From Thermoleophilia bacterium (lineage in GTDB: Bacteria; Actinomycetota; Thermoleophilia; RBG-16-64-13), in assembly GCA_050943595.1 (NCBI GenBank), contig JBMNPM010000001.1:112794-176793 (forward strand): DNA of 64,000 bases. The letters are read 5' to 3'. Both the position numbers and the translations under genes were made by a program. Under the pieces are notes generated by a model. That model worked only from the letters and a program-made list of their open reading frames with translations, was not told the DNA's origin and made no database searches. Shown here piece after piece: positions 43,047 through 52,587 of this stretch (within the stretch, counting starts at the first letter, position 1; every line of letters starts with the position of its first letter).

Positions 43047-43289
43047 ATGAAAAGCTCTATTAGTGTCCTTTTGTTCTTTTTGCTCAGCGGCTTTTTTCTG
43101 AGCGCCCTTCTGAGCGCCCTTGAGCGAAGTCGCAAGATGCTGGGCATCGCGGGTCTCTGTCTGGCGGCTGTGGTCTGTGTGGTGGTGTTTCTGACGCCGG
43201 TCAGTCTCCCGTCGTGGAACTTTGGTCGCGACTCGGATACTACTGAATCCACCCTCACAACGGAGGCTTCCCGTGTCCAACCTCGGTAA
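43047..43289 (+). CDS. possible small membrane protein (2 TM, 80 aa), doubtful
   Basis: ORF in the 270-bp purF-purM gap with two hydrophobic segments. It contains a 13-bp tandem duplication (LSALLSAL). Antisense ORFs also exist here. Confidence 0.25.
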   Translation: MKSSISVLLFFLLSGFFLSALLSALERSRKMLGIAGLCLAAVVCVVVFLTPVSLPSWNFGRDSDTTESTLTTEASRVQPR

Positions 43290-44328
43290 AGGCGGTGACC
43301 TGACCTATCGCTCGGCCGGGGTTGACATAGAGGCCGGTGATGAAGCGGTTAGGTTGATTGCAAGGGATGTTGAAAGTACCTACATCCCGGGCGTAGAGGG
43401 CTCGTTGGGTGGTTTTGCCGGTCTGTTCGCTCTACCCGCGGGCCTGGAGGAGCCCGTCTTGGTTACGGCTACCGACGGCGTGGGGACCAAGCTGCTCTTG
43501 GCTCAGGAGATGGGGCGGCTGGACACGGTAGGCATAGACCTGGTGGCCATGTCAGTGAATGACGTGCTCACTGTAGGTGCTCGTCCTATCCTGTTCCTCG
43601 ACTACGTGGCGGTGGGGCGGCTCACACCTGCTGAGATGGTGCAGATCGTCGGTGGGGTGGCCGAAGGGTGCCGCCGGGCCGGGTGTGCGTTGGTGGGTGG
43701 CGAGATGGCTGAGATGCCGGGCTTGTATGACCCGGGTGAGTTCGATCTGGCTGGGTTTTGCGTGGGCCTGGCGGAGCGGTGCAGGTTGGTCGATCCGGCT
43801 GGGATCAGTGAGGGTGATGTGGTTCTCGGCCTGGCTTCCAGCGGTTTTCATTCCAACGGTTACTCGTTGGTGCGCAAAGTGCTGGAGGTCGCAGGTTGTG
43901 ACCTGACCGGCACCTTTCCCTTCTCCGACCGAAGTGTTGCCGAGATCCTACTCGAACCTACCCGCATCTATGTGCGGAGTGTGCTGGCTCTGCTCGATGC
44001 AGGTGTGCCCGTCAGGGCTATGGCCCATATCACCGGCGGGGGGGTGGCCGGCAACCTGTCACGGGTCATTCCCGAGGGGCTCTCTGCGCGGTTGCACTTT
44101 GCCGAGTGGAGTGTTCCGCCTGCGTTCAAAACTCTTCAAGAGCTGGGCGGTATTGCCACCGGGGAGATGTTCCGCACTTTCAACATGGGGATCGGCTACG
44201 TGGTGGTGGTGCCGGAAACCGCAGCCGGGCAGGCCGCGGCGCAGTTGCGCCGCGCCGGCGAGGAGGTAGTTCGCTTGGGCGATATAGTGGCCGGGACTCC
44301 GAGAGTTACGCTGGACGGTTTGTCATGA
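43273..44328 (+). CDS. purM: phosphoribosylformylglycinamidine cyclo-ligase
   Basis: 'DLTYRSAGVDIEAGDEAV' PurM N-terminus. GTG start with a GGAGG RBS. Confidence 0.88.
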   Translation: MSNLGKGGDLTYRSAGVDIEAGDEAVRLIARDVESTYIPGVEGSLGGFAGLFALPAGLEEPVLVTATDGVGTKLLLAQEMGRLDTVGIDLVAMSVNDVLTVGARPILFLDYVAVGRLTPAEMVQIVGGVAEGCRRAGCALVGGEMAEMPGLYDPGEFDLAGFCVGLAERCRLVDPAGISEGDVVLGLASSGFHSNGYSLVRKVLEVAGCDLTGTFPFSDRSVAEILLEPTRIYVRSVLALLDAGVPVRAMAHITGGGVAGNLSRVIPEGLSARLHFAEWSVPPAFKTLQELGGIATGEMFRTFNMGIGYVVVVPETAAGQAAAQLRRAGEEVVRLGDIVAGTPRVTLDGLS

Positions 44329-45077
44329 GCTTCGCCGGTCGCGAGGAGTGGACGCCGGGAGACCCGTGCACGTTTTACAGGATCGTGGTGTTGGCCTCCG
44401 GTAACGGTTCCAACTTCCAGGCCATCGTCGATGCTCTACAGCATCGTGCACTCGCCGATATGGAGGGTGGGCTGCTCCTGGCACCGGTCACTGGTGCGGG
44501 GGAGAAAGCGGTGATGGGCCCTCTGGTCTTCGACGTGGTTTTGATGATCACCGATGTCCCTGGTGCGCCTGTGTTGCAGCGAGCCTGGTCGCGAGGTATT
44601 CCCACGGCCGTGCTGCCCTACGCGTCCTATGCCACGCTGGAGGAGCACGACACGCACTTGGCCGATGTTGTTCGCGAGAGCCGGGCCGATCTGATTGTCC
44701 TGGCCGGTTACATGCGCGTGCTGTCCGCAGCGTTCGTGCAGGAGTTCGCGGGCAGGATCATCAACCTCCACCCCGCTCTTCTACCTGCCTTCCCGGGGGT
44801 CAGGTCTATCGCCGATGCTCTCGCGTATGGGGTAAAGGTTACCGGGGTGACCGTCCACTATGTCGATGAAGGGGTGGATACGGGGCCGGTCATAGCTCAG
44901 GAGCCGGTGCGGGTGAACAATAGTGACACGGTAGAGTCGTTGGCTGAGAGGCTTCGCGCGGTTGAGCACAGGCTTCTCCCGGAGACCATAAGGATGATTG
45001 CCGCTGGTAGGGTGGTGGCTCCCGGGGCAGGTTCCCGGGTCGTGCGGATCGTGCAGCAGGGCGAGAAGAACGAATAA
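44325..45077 (+). CDS. purN: phosphoribosylglycinamide formyltransferase
   Basis: 'RIVVLASGNGSNFQAI' and 'NLHPALLPAFPG'. The ATG overlaps the purM stop (ATGA). Confidence 0.85.
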   Translation: MSFAGREEWTPGDPCTFYRIVVLASGNGSNFQAIVDALQHRALADMEGGLLLAPVTGAGEKAVMGPLVFDVVLMITDVPGAPVLQRAWSRGIPTAVLPYASYATLEEHDTHLADVVRESRADLIVLAGYMRVLSAAFVQEFAGRIINLHPALLPAFPGVRSIADALAYGVKVTGVTVHYVDEGVDTGPVIAQEPVRVNNSDTVESLAERLRAVEHRLLPETIRMIAAGRVVAPGAGSRVVRIVQQGEKNE

Positions 45078-45118
45078 GCGGGTCTAAGCGAAAATCGCCC
45101 GTCAATGAGGAGGCGAGA

Positions 45119-46660
45119 GTGAAGGTAGAGCGCGCGTTGGTCTCGGTGTCGGACAAGCGGGACCTGGAGCTGTTCGTCAGTGGCTTGGTGGAGTTGGGGA
45201 TCGAGGTCATCTCCACGGGTGGTACGGCCCGCGCTCTGCGCGACACCGGTCTGCCCATCACGAGTATCTCCGATGTCACGGGTTTCCCCGAGATCATGGA
45301 CGGACGGGTGAAGACCCTGCATCCGGCCATCCACGGCGGTATCCTGGCAGACCGTGGTCGCGCCACCCATATGAAGGCCATCGCCGACCTGGGCATTGAG
45401 CCCATCGATCTGGTTGTGGTCAACCTGTATCCCTTTGAAGAGGTGACTTCGCAGCGCGGTGTCAAGGAGTCTGAGGCGGTCGAGAATATCGATATCGGCG
45501 GCCCCTGTATGGTGCGCTCTGCGGCGAAGAATTTCGTGGGGGTTGGTATTGTCGTTGATCCTGATGACTACGAAGCCGTGTTGGCGGAACTTCGAGCTAA
45601 TCGGGGCGAACTTCTGCTCGAGACCCGACGCAGGTTGGCCGTCAAGGCTTTTCACCATACAGCTCACTACGATTCGGTTATCGCCAACTGGTTCAGCTCG
45701 CAGGAGAGTGACTTTCCCGATAATCTGGCGGTGAACCTCGTGAAACTCAAGGACCTGCGCTACGGGGAGAACCCGCATCAGCGCGCGGCTTGGTATGCGG
45801 AGAGCGACGCGTCCGGACAGGCCGAAGCGCTTCTAGAGCAACTACACGGTGGTGCGCTGTCCTTCAACAACCTACTGGATCTCGAAGCCGCCCGCCGTAC
45901 ACTCGATGAGTTCAGCTTGCCTGCTGCCGTCATTATCAAGCACAACAATCCCTGCGGTGTGGCTCTGGCTGAGACTGTGGCGGCTGCCTACGACAAGGCC
46001 TTCTCGTGTGATCCCGTGTCGGCCTACGGAAGCGTTATTGCGGTTAACCGAGTGGTTGATGAGGACATTGCCCGTCTACTCGCCAAGAATTTTGTGGAGG
46101 TGCTTTGGGCGCCCTCCTATACGAATGAGGCGTTCGAGATCCTTACAGTGAAGGAGAATATCCGCATCCTCACGGGCCAGCAGAGGCGGGAGGTCTGCGG
46201 TGGAAGTTTCGATATGAAGCGCATTCATCGCGGTATGTTGGTCCAGGATTGGGATTGTGAGGTCGATGAACGCGAGAACATGGAGGTCGTCAGCAGGCGC
46301 CATCCCACCGAGGCCGAATGGGGCGATCTCCTTTTTGCCTGGAGGGTGGCTAAACACACTAAGTCGAACGCCATCATTCTGGCCAAGGATCTCATGACCA
46401 TCGGCGTGGGGGCCGGCCAGATGAGCCGGGTCGACTCTTCCAATCTGGCGGTGACCAGGGCCCGTTTCCCGTTGACCGGTTGTGCGGTGGCTTCGGATGC
46501 CTTTTTCCCCTTCCCTGATGCGCTACAGGTGGCGGCCGACGCGGGTGCCACCAGCGTGATCCACCCTGGAGGTTCAAAGCGAGACAGCGAGTCGCTTGCC
46601 TTGGCCAACGAGCGAGACATGGCCATGGTGGTCACTGGGCGGAGGCACTTTAGGCACTAG
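45119..46660 (+). CDS. purH: bifunctional AICAR transformylase/IMP cyclohydrolase
   Basis: MGS-like N-terminus 'ALVSVSDKRDL' and AICARFT domain. 513 aa. Confidence 0.92.
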   Translation: MKVERALVSVSDKRDLELFVSGLVELGIEVISTGGTARALRDTGLPITSISDVTGFPEIMDGRVKTLHPAIHGGILADRGRATHMKAIADLGIEPIDLVVVNLYPFEEVTSQRGVKESEAVENIDIGGPCMVRSAAKNFVGVGIVVDPDDYEAVLAELRANRGELLLETRRRLAVKAFHHTAHYDSVIANWFSSQESDFPDNLAVNLVKLKDLRYGENPHQRAAWYAESDASGQAEALLEQLHGGALSFNNLLDLEAARRTLDEFSLPAAVIIKHNNPCGVALAETVAAAYDKAFSCDPVSAYGSVIAVNRVVDEDIARLLAKNFVEVLWAPSYTNEAFEILTVKENIRILTGQQRREVCGGSFDMKRIHRGMLVQDWDCEVDERENMEVVSRRHPTEAEWGDLLFAWRVAKHTKSNAIILAKDLMTIGVGAGQMSRVDSSNLAVTRARFPLTGCAVASDAFFPFPDALQVAADAGATSVIHPGGSKRDSESLALANERDMAMVVTGRRHFRH

Positions 46661-46812
46661 CAGGCTTCGTTTTTCAGCAGCCTCCTAAGAGCGGGCGCAG
46701 TCGCGGATCTGTAGTGGTGCCTCTGCAGGTGATGTGCACCGGCCGGCCGAACTGTATAGGTGACCGACCGTATGGTGGATGAGGTTTTAGATTTGATTCT
46801 TACCTGTATGAT

Positions 46813-49200
46813 GTGAGCGGATCTCAGCTCCTTTTCTATATTGGTATATCCGTCAGTGTCGTCATCTGCGGGGTTCTGGCGGCGATGGGATTTCGGCAAC
46901 GTAGGCGATTCGGCGGATTGCTCTTCGGTTTGTTGCTGAGTTGGGGGGGCGCTTGGTCCCTGCTCTCTGGACTCGAGATCGCCACCACCGATTTCGAAAT
47001 CAAAGTGATATTGGCCAAGTTGGAGTACTTTCCCATCACAACGTTGCCGGTGCTGTGGTTTCTGTTCGCCCTCAACTACAGCGGAGTCCGTTCGATGAAG
47101 CGGATCATCCTCGTCTTGCTCTCCCTACTCATCATCCCTTGTATCACTTTCTTCTTGGTGCTCACCAACGAATGGCACCACCTCATCTGGACCACGGTCT
47201 CCCTCATCGATATGAGTGGCTTCTCAGTACTCGATTGCTCATATGGGCGATGGTTCTGGGTCCATACCGTGTATTCGTACGCCTTGCTCATACTGGCTAC
47301 TGTGTACCTCTTGAGAGCTGCGTATGGGCTCCCGATGCTCTATAGACGGCAGGCTTCCCTCCTAGCACTAGCCGCCGTCATCCCGCTGATCGCCAGTTGG
47401 ATCACTGTGTACCTGGCGCAGCAGGGGGCAGTCTTGGATCTGACCCCCTTCGCTTTTGTGTTGACGGGGATCTTTCTCTGGCTGAGTACGAAGCGCTTTA
47501 AACTCCTCGCCGTCATGCCTACCCTGGTGCCACTTGCCCAAAGCGAAGTATTGGAGATTATGAACGACGGGGTGATCGTTTTGGACCAGGGGGCCAGGGT
47601 GCTGAGTGTCAACCCAGCGGCGGGCACTCTCCTGCAGAAGAAGTCGACAGAGATCGCCGGACAACACGTCGGGGAGCTCCTGGGGCCGGCGGCAGTTCAT
47701 CACTTGACGGGAGAGACGGTGAGCGGGCAGTTTCAGATAGAACTGGGAGACTCAGGCGCGAGGCGGACGTACGATGTGTTGGTCTCGCCGCTCGAATTGG
47801 GCTGGGGCCGGGGGCGAGGGAACGTATTGGTGTTGCGCGATATCACCGAGTATAAAAAATTCGAAGCACGACTGGAACACCAAGCCCTCCATGACTATCT
47901 TACAGGGTTGGCCAATCGCGACCTGTTGCTGGATCGCATCCAGCATGCGTTTTCCCGTCGGCGACATGCGCAGGGTACGTTCTACCTGCTCGCCTTCGAC
48001 ATCGACGACTTCAAAGACGTGAACAACACGCTTGGTCACGCGGAAGGCGATCGTCTCCTGCGCGAAACGGTGGCTCGTATCCAGCACTGCTGTCCGGCAG
48101 CAGCTACATTCGCCCGATTGGATGGCGATGAGTTCGCACTATTCCTTGAAGATATTCCCGATGACGAAACAGCGGATCAGGCGGTTGCACAACTGCTCAC
48201 CACGGTACAGGGTTCCGGTACCGGATCACGAGACGAGCTCCAGTTCACTGTAAGCGTTGGTGTGGCCAAGACCGAGGGACATATGGAGCCGGATGAGCTA
48301 TTGCGTCAAGCCGACGCGGCCATGCATGCTGCAAAAGAGGCCGGTAAGAACAGGGTCCGCCGTTTCGACTCTGATTTGGACGCGTTTTTGCGGAGGCGCG
48401 CACGCCTGGGAGTCGATCTCAAGCAGGCACTCGTTGATTCTGATCTGGTGGCGTACTACCAGCCCATTGTCTCCCTTGCTACGGCGGAGATCGTGGGCGG
48501 AGAGGCGCTGGTGCGCTGGCAGCATCCGGAACTGGGTCTGCTCATGCCCAACGACTTCCTCGATATCGCTGAGGAAGTCAATCTGATGACTTCCATCGAC
48601 CGTGCCGTCCTCTCGGCAGCGTGCCGTGACGCTGTGCAATGGCCATGCGCGGCGCTGGGGAAGCGCTTGTTCGTGAGCGTGAATCTATCCCGGGCTCAGC
48701 TGCTGAACCCTGAGTTGCCGCGTCATGTGGAAACGGCTCTGCGGGATTCCGGCTTCGATGCGCCTCAGCTGCTTCTGGAGGTGACCGAGAACACCCTCAT
48801 TGGCGACCACTCGATATTCATCCGTCGTTTGGCTGATCTACAGAAGCAGGGGGTGCGCATCGCCATCGATGATTTTGGCGTGCACTATGCTTCGCTTCGC
48901 TACCTCAGGAGTCTTCCTGCCCAGATCGTCAAGTTGGACCGGTCGTTCGTCACTGATCTCACGGTGGACGATTGCTCACGGCACGTGACACGCGTGATCA
49001 CCGAATTGGGGGTGGAACTGGGCCTCGAAATCATTGCGGAAGGCATCGAGACGGCAGAGCAATGGAGGCTGCTGCATGAGCTCGGTTGCCCCTTGGGCCA
49101 GGGATATCTGTTCGGGCGGCCACAGCCCCTTGCTGAGTTCATGGAGCTGCTTGCATCGTATTCCGGCGCGGACGGGCTGCGCATCCCGGGTAAGCCTTAG
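46813..49200 (+). CDS. signalling protein: N-terminal 7TM sensor (HisKA_7TM-like) - PAS - GGDEF (degenerate 'DGDEF') - EAL
   Basis: TM-rich N-terminal region, a PAS-like segment, 'RLDGDEF' in the cyclase domain, and EAL motifs 'LLLEVTEN' and 'DDFG'. Confidence 0.85.
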   Translation: MSGSQLLFYIGISVSVVICGVLAAMGFRQRRRFGGLLFGLLLSWGGAWSLLSGLEIATTDFEIKVILAKLEYFPITTLPVLWFLFALNYSGVRSMKRIILVLLSLLIIPCITFFLVLTNEWHHLIWTTVSLIDMSGFSVLDCSYGRWFWVHTVYSYALLILATVYLLRAAYGLPMLYRRQASLLALAAVIPLIASWITVYLAQQGAVLDLTPFAFVLTGIFLWLSTKRFKLLAVMPTLVPLAQSEVLEIMNDGVIVLDQGARVLSVNPAAGTLLQKKSTEIAGQHVGELLGPAAVHHLTGETVSGQFQIELGDSGARRTYDVLVSPLELGWGRGRGNVLVLRDITEYKKFEARLEHQALHDYLTGLANRDLLLDRIQHAFSRRRHAQGTFYLLAFDIDDFKDVNNTLGHAEGDRLLRETVARIQHCCPAAATFARLDGDEFALFLEDIPDDETADQAVAQLLTTVQGSGTGSRDELQFTVSVGVAKTEGHMEPDELLRQADAAMHAAKEAGKNRVRRFDSDLDAFLRRRARLGVDLKQALVDSDLVAYYQPIVSLATAEIVGGEALVRWQHPELGLLMPNDFLDIAEEVNLMTSIDRAVLSAACRDAVQWPCAALGKRLFVSVNLSRAQLLNPELPRHVETALRDSGFDAPQLLLEVTENTLIGDHSIFIRRLADLQKQGVRIAIDDFGVHYASLRYLRSLPAQIVKLDRSFVTDLTVDDCSRHVTRVITELGVELGLEIIAEGIETAEQWRLLHELGCPLGQGYLFGRPQPLAEFMELLASYSGADGLRIPGKP

Positions 49201-49345
49201 GAGGCGACGACTATATCTCTCCACCAAGGGATGATGCTCTCGCTCTGACAGTGTCCACTGATGACAGCAGGCAGTCACCGGTATCGTCGATCGCCGGTAC
49301 TATAATGCTAGGAGGCTGCCGGCTCACACGACGTACTCAAGCGGG

Positions 49346-51757
49346 GTGGAAGTGCTACCTCTTCTTATAGCGGGCATCGTGGTTTGCTTGGCCTTGGCGA
49401 TCGTGGGATATCACCAGCGCGACGAGCCCGGGGGGAAACTCTTCTGCGCCATGATGAGTTATATGGCCTTCTGGGCGGTGCTCCACACGCTGGAGATGGC
49501 ACCTTTCCCCCTGGATATCAAGCTCATGTTCGTGGAGCTTCAGTATTCACCGATCGTCACGTTGCCGGTGCTGTGGTTCCTGTTCGCGCTTATCTACACG
49601 GGCGCTCGGCCGGTCAGAATGGGGCCTATAGCTGCGCTGTTGGCGTTTCTTCCACTTGTCAGTTTTCTTCTTGTCATCACGAACGACTGGCACCATCTCG
49701 TTTGGTCGAACCCCAGACTGGTCACGGTGGCCGGCTTTGAGCTCATCCGCTATGACTTCGGATGGTGGTTCTGGCTGCAGAGCGGATACGGCACCATCTT
49801 GCTTGCAGCGGCGGCCGTTCTCTTCATGAGAGTTGCATACAGACTTGTATCTATGTATCGCAAAGAGGCCGTTCTACTGATGCTGGCAGCCGTGCTTCCG
49901 ATGGTGGTGAGGTTGGCGACCATCTTCCTTGCTGCAAAGGGAGGAGCTATGGTCGACGCTTTGTTGCTCGCGTACGTGCTCAGCGGGGCGTTGCTCTGGT
50001 TCGGCACTAAGGGTCTTGAGCTCCTCAAGGTTATGCCCATCCTGGTGCCGGTTGCCCAGGGTGTAGTACTCGAGACAATGAGGGACGGGGTGATCATTTT
50101 CGATGATAACGCTCATGTGCTGATTCTTAATCCCGCGGTGGAAGCGATTCTTGGTAGGGATGCCGAGGGGCTCATTGGTAGTCACGTGGATGAGTTTTTA
50201 GGCCCTGCTGTGCTGCATCGCTTGGCCGGCTCAGATATCAGTTCGCACTTTGAGATCGAATTGGGGGGGGAAGGTGATGGGCGTGTGTACGAAGTCTCCA
50301 CTTCCTCCCTAGACTTAGGCTGGGGGCTTGGATTAGCTAATATCTTGGTGCTACGGGATATCACCGACCGCAAGCACTTCGAGACGCAACTCGAGCATCA
50401 GGCCCTCCATGATCCCCTCACGGGCCTGGCAAACCGCGCGCTTCTCATGAATCGGATTGAGCAGGTCTTGGCCGAACGCAAGCATAGGCTTGGGGCTGTG
50501 TATCTCCTCTACTTCGACATCGACGACTTTAAACACGTGAACAACACGGTGGGTTACGTAGAAGGCGATCGGCTGCTGCGTGAGCTCGTGGGGCGGATGG
50601 AGAACTGCTGCCCTTCCGCTGATACAATCGCCCGCTTGGGGGGCGACGAGTTTGCAGTGCTTCTCCAGGGCGTGGCCGACGATGAGGCTGCGGAGCAATC
50701 CGTTAAGCGCATCCTCGATTGTATTCGTGAGTCTGGCGAGGATACGCTCGGTCACTTTCACGTGACGGCCAGTGCGGGAGTGGCCAGAGCGGTGGATGTG
50801 GTCAAGCCATCGGAGTTGCTTCGCCAGGCGGATGTGGCTATGTATGCGGCAAAGGCTGCCGGTAAGAACCGATTCCGTAGGTTCACGCCCGATATGGATC
50901 GCCACCTGCTCCGGCGCGTACGTCTTGAGGCCGACCTGAAGCAGATGCTCTGGGATACAGACTTGGTGGTGTACTACCAGCCGATAGTGTCACTGGAGAC
51001 CGCGAGGGTCATAGGAGCGGAGGCGCTGGTGCGTTGGCAGCACCCGCAATTGGGGATTCTCATGCCCCGGGACTTCATGGGCATCGCCGAAGAGATCGGC
51101 CTTGTGACCGCCATCGACCGCGCGGTCCTTCGTACGGCGTGTCGCGACGCCGTCCAGTGGCAGCCGTATGCAGACTCTGCAGAGGGGCTGGTTGTAAGCT
51201 TAAATTTTTCTCGCGCTCAGATTCTTAGTGATGATCTGTTCGATGATGTACAGAAATCTCTGAAAGATGTTGGTCTGGAGGAGCGGCATCTGCTCATTGA
51301 GGTTGCTGAGAGCGCTTTTATCGGAGATCAGGTGTTGTTCTCAGAGCGTCTGACCGAGATCCGTCAAAAGGGCATTCGTATAGCCATCGATGATTTCGGG
51401 GTGCACTACTCCTCTCTCAGATACCTCCGCAGTCTGCCTGCACAGGTCATCAAGCTCGACCGCTCCTTTATAGCCGACATCGTCGTAGATGAACGGTCTC
51501 GCAGCATCGTGCATGCGGTCACCAAACTGGGTACTGCACTTGACCTGGACGTGATCGCGGAAGGCATCGAGACGGTAGAGCAATGGAGGCTGCTGTATGA
51601 GCTCGGTTGTCCCTTGGGCCAGGGGTTCTGCGTTGGTCGATCGTTGCCGGCGCAGGATCTGATCGAATATCTTCGGGGCCGGGCGGGACGTGCCGGTGCG
51701 CTGATGTTGGAAAAAATCGGCTCTGTGACCACTGTCAATGCGGGCAGGGGCAGATAG
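49346..51757 (+). CDS. paralogous 7TM-PAS-GGDEF-EAL signalling protein (intact GGDEF)
   Basis: Same architecture as the upstream gene. 'RLGGDEF' is intact. EAL motifs 'LLIEVAES' and 'DDFG'. Confidence 0.85.
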   Translation: MEVLPLLIAGIVVCLALAIVGYHQRDEPGGKLFCAMMSYMAFWAVLHTLEMAPFPLDIKLMFVELQYSPIVTLPVLWFLFALIYTGARPVRMGPIAALLAFLPLVSFLLVITNDWHHLVWSNPRLVTVAGFELIRYDFGWWFWLQSGYGTILLAAAAVLFMRVAYRLVSMYRKEAVLLMLAAVLPMVVRLATIFLAAKGGAMVDALLLAYVLSGALLWFGTKGLELLKVMPILVPVAQGVVLETMRDGVIIFDDNAHVLILNPAVEAILGRDAEGLIGSHVDEFLGPAVLHRLAGSDISSHFEIELGGEGDGRVYEVSTSSLDLGWGLGLANILVLRDITDRKHFETQLEHQALHDPLTGLANRALLMNRIEQVLAERKHRLGAVYLLYFDIDDFKHVNNTVGYVEGDRLLRELVGRMENCCPSADTIARLGGDEFAVLLQGVADDEAAEQSVKRILDCIRESGEDTLGHFHVTASAGVARAVDVVKPSELLRQADVAMYAAKAAGKNRFRRFTPDMDRHLLRRVRLEADLKQMLWDTDLVVYYQPIVSLETARVIGAEALVRWQHPQLGILMPRDFMGIAEEIGLVTAIDRAVLRTACRDAVQWQPYADSAEGLVVSLNFSRAQILSDDLFDDVQKSLKDVGLEERHLLIEVAESAFIGDQVLFSERLTEIRQKGIRIAIDDFGVHYSSLRYLRSLPAQVIKLDRSFIADIVVDERSRSIVHAVTKLGTALDLDVIAEGIETVEQWRLLYELGCPLGQGFCVGRSLPAQDLIEYLRGRAGRAGALMLEKIGSVTTVNAGRGR

Positions 51758-51886
51758 TTCATGCAGCTCCTGAGTAAGAGCATAGGGCAGCGCTACCGGC
51801 CACCGGTTGCCGGCCACCGGTGGGATTGAGCCCGTATGTCACGTTGACACCCGCTAATGCGAGGGCTAAAATCGGACCTCCCACGT

Positions 51887-51959
51887 GGGCCGTTAGCTCA
51901 GTTGGTAGAGCACCGGACTTTTAATCCGTTGGTCGCTGGTTCGAATCCAGCACGGCTCA
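51887..51959 (+). tRNA. tRNA-Lys (anticodon TTT)
   Basis: Cloverleaf with acceptor GGGCCGT/ACGGCTC, D-arm GCTC/GAGC, anticodon loop CTTTTAA, and T-arm GCTGG-TTCGAAT-CCAGC. Very similar to E. coli tRNA-Lys. CCA is not encoded. Confidence 0.9.
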
Positions 51960-51965
51960 TTAGAA

Positions 51966-51995
51966 AAAAGCCCCGCAGAAGCGGGGCTTTTTTCT
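51966..51995 (+). terminator. rho-independent terminator after tRNA-Lys
   Basis: 'AAAAAAGCCCCGCagaaGCGGGGCTTTTTT' hairpin followed by a T-tract. Confidence 0.85.
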
Positions 51996-52069
51996 ATCAG
52001 GGCGCTTTTTGGTCAAATCGATGTCCGGGCTGTGTGCCGGAGCGGCGCCGGATGTCTGCGGGCGGAACC

Positions 52070-52504
52070 TCAGGCTTTGACCGCCTCATATGCCTTGGCG
52101 AGCGCTGCGCTGATTGCGTCGGGCGTGGCGTCGGCGTAAGCGATGTGGTAGAAGCTAAACGCGGGGAACTTCTTCTCCAGTTCTCTTCCAAGAGCCCCCA
52201 GCCTTTCGGTCTGCTCCTGTCTTTCGGCGTCGCGATTGATGGTTATGCTCACCATAGCCAACTTCTTGCCGCTCTTGAGGTAGTCGGTATGATTTAGCAG
52301 CCACCAGTACTTCTGGATGCACTGAGACGGAAAGTCGCGCTCATACTCGATCGCCACGATGCCTCCGGGAAACTCGAAGGTCTCATCCGGCTTTGGCGAG
52401 CAGGACAGCTGGGTGCTGATCAGATCCTGCTCAAGGGCGTGTGACGATGGGTTATGCGGCATCAGTGACGAACGAACGATGTTTTCGGCTTCTTTCAGTT
52501 CCAC
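52070..52504 (-). CDS. hypothetical protein (144 aa)
   Basis: GTG start with a GGAGG RBS 6 nt upstream. The upstream promoter has a TATACT -10 and a 2x12-bp direct repeat. No recognisable domain, though 'GIVAIEYERD' is faintly PD-(D/E)xK-like. Confidence 0.45.
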   Translation of the reverse strand: MELKEAENIVRSSLMPHNPSSHALEQDLISTQLSCSPKPDETFEFPGGIVAIEYERDFPSQCIQKYWWLLNHTDYLKSGKKLAMVSITINRDAERQEQTERLGALGRELEKKFPAFSFYHIAYADATPDAISAALAKAYEAVKA

Positions 52505-52557
52505 CTACGACCTCCAAGGGGCTGACAAGGGTACACGCTCACAACGATATGTCAGAG

Positions 52558-52587
52558 AGTATAGTAAAGACAAATGTAAAGACAAAT
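52558..52587 (-). promoter_or_regulatory. promoter of the 52070-52504 gene: TATACT -10 preceded by 2x12-bp direct repeat ATTTGTCTTTAC
   Basis: The minus strand reads ATTTGTCTTTAC ATTTGTCTTTAC TATACT, ~55 nt upstream of the GTG start. Confidence 0.45.

Noticed and set aside
43088-43113. Possible CRISPR-like or microsatellite repeat
   Set aside because: Only two tandem copies of 13 bp. No spacer-repeat periodicity anywhere in the window, so no CRISPR array.
51887-52504. Genomic island or integrative element at tRNA-Lys
   Set aside because: No integrase, no tRNA 3'-end direct repeat and no phage genes nearby. Only a single unknown gene, so not called a mobile element.
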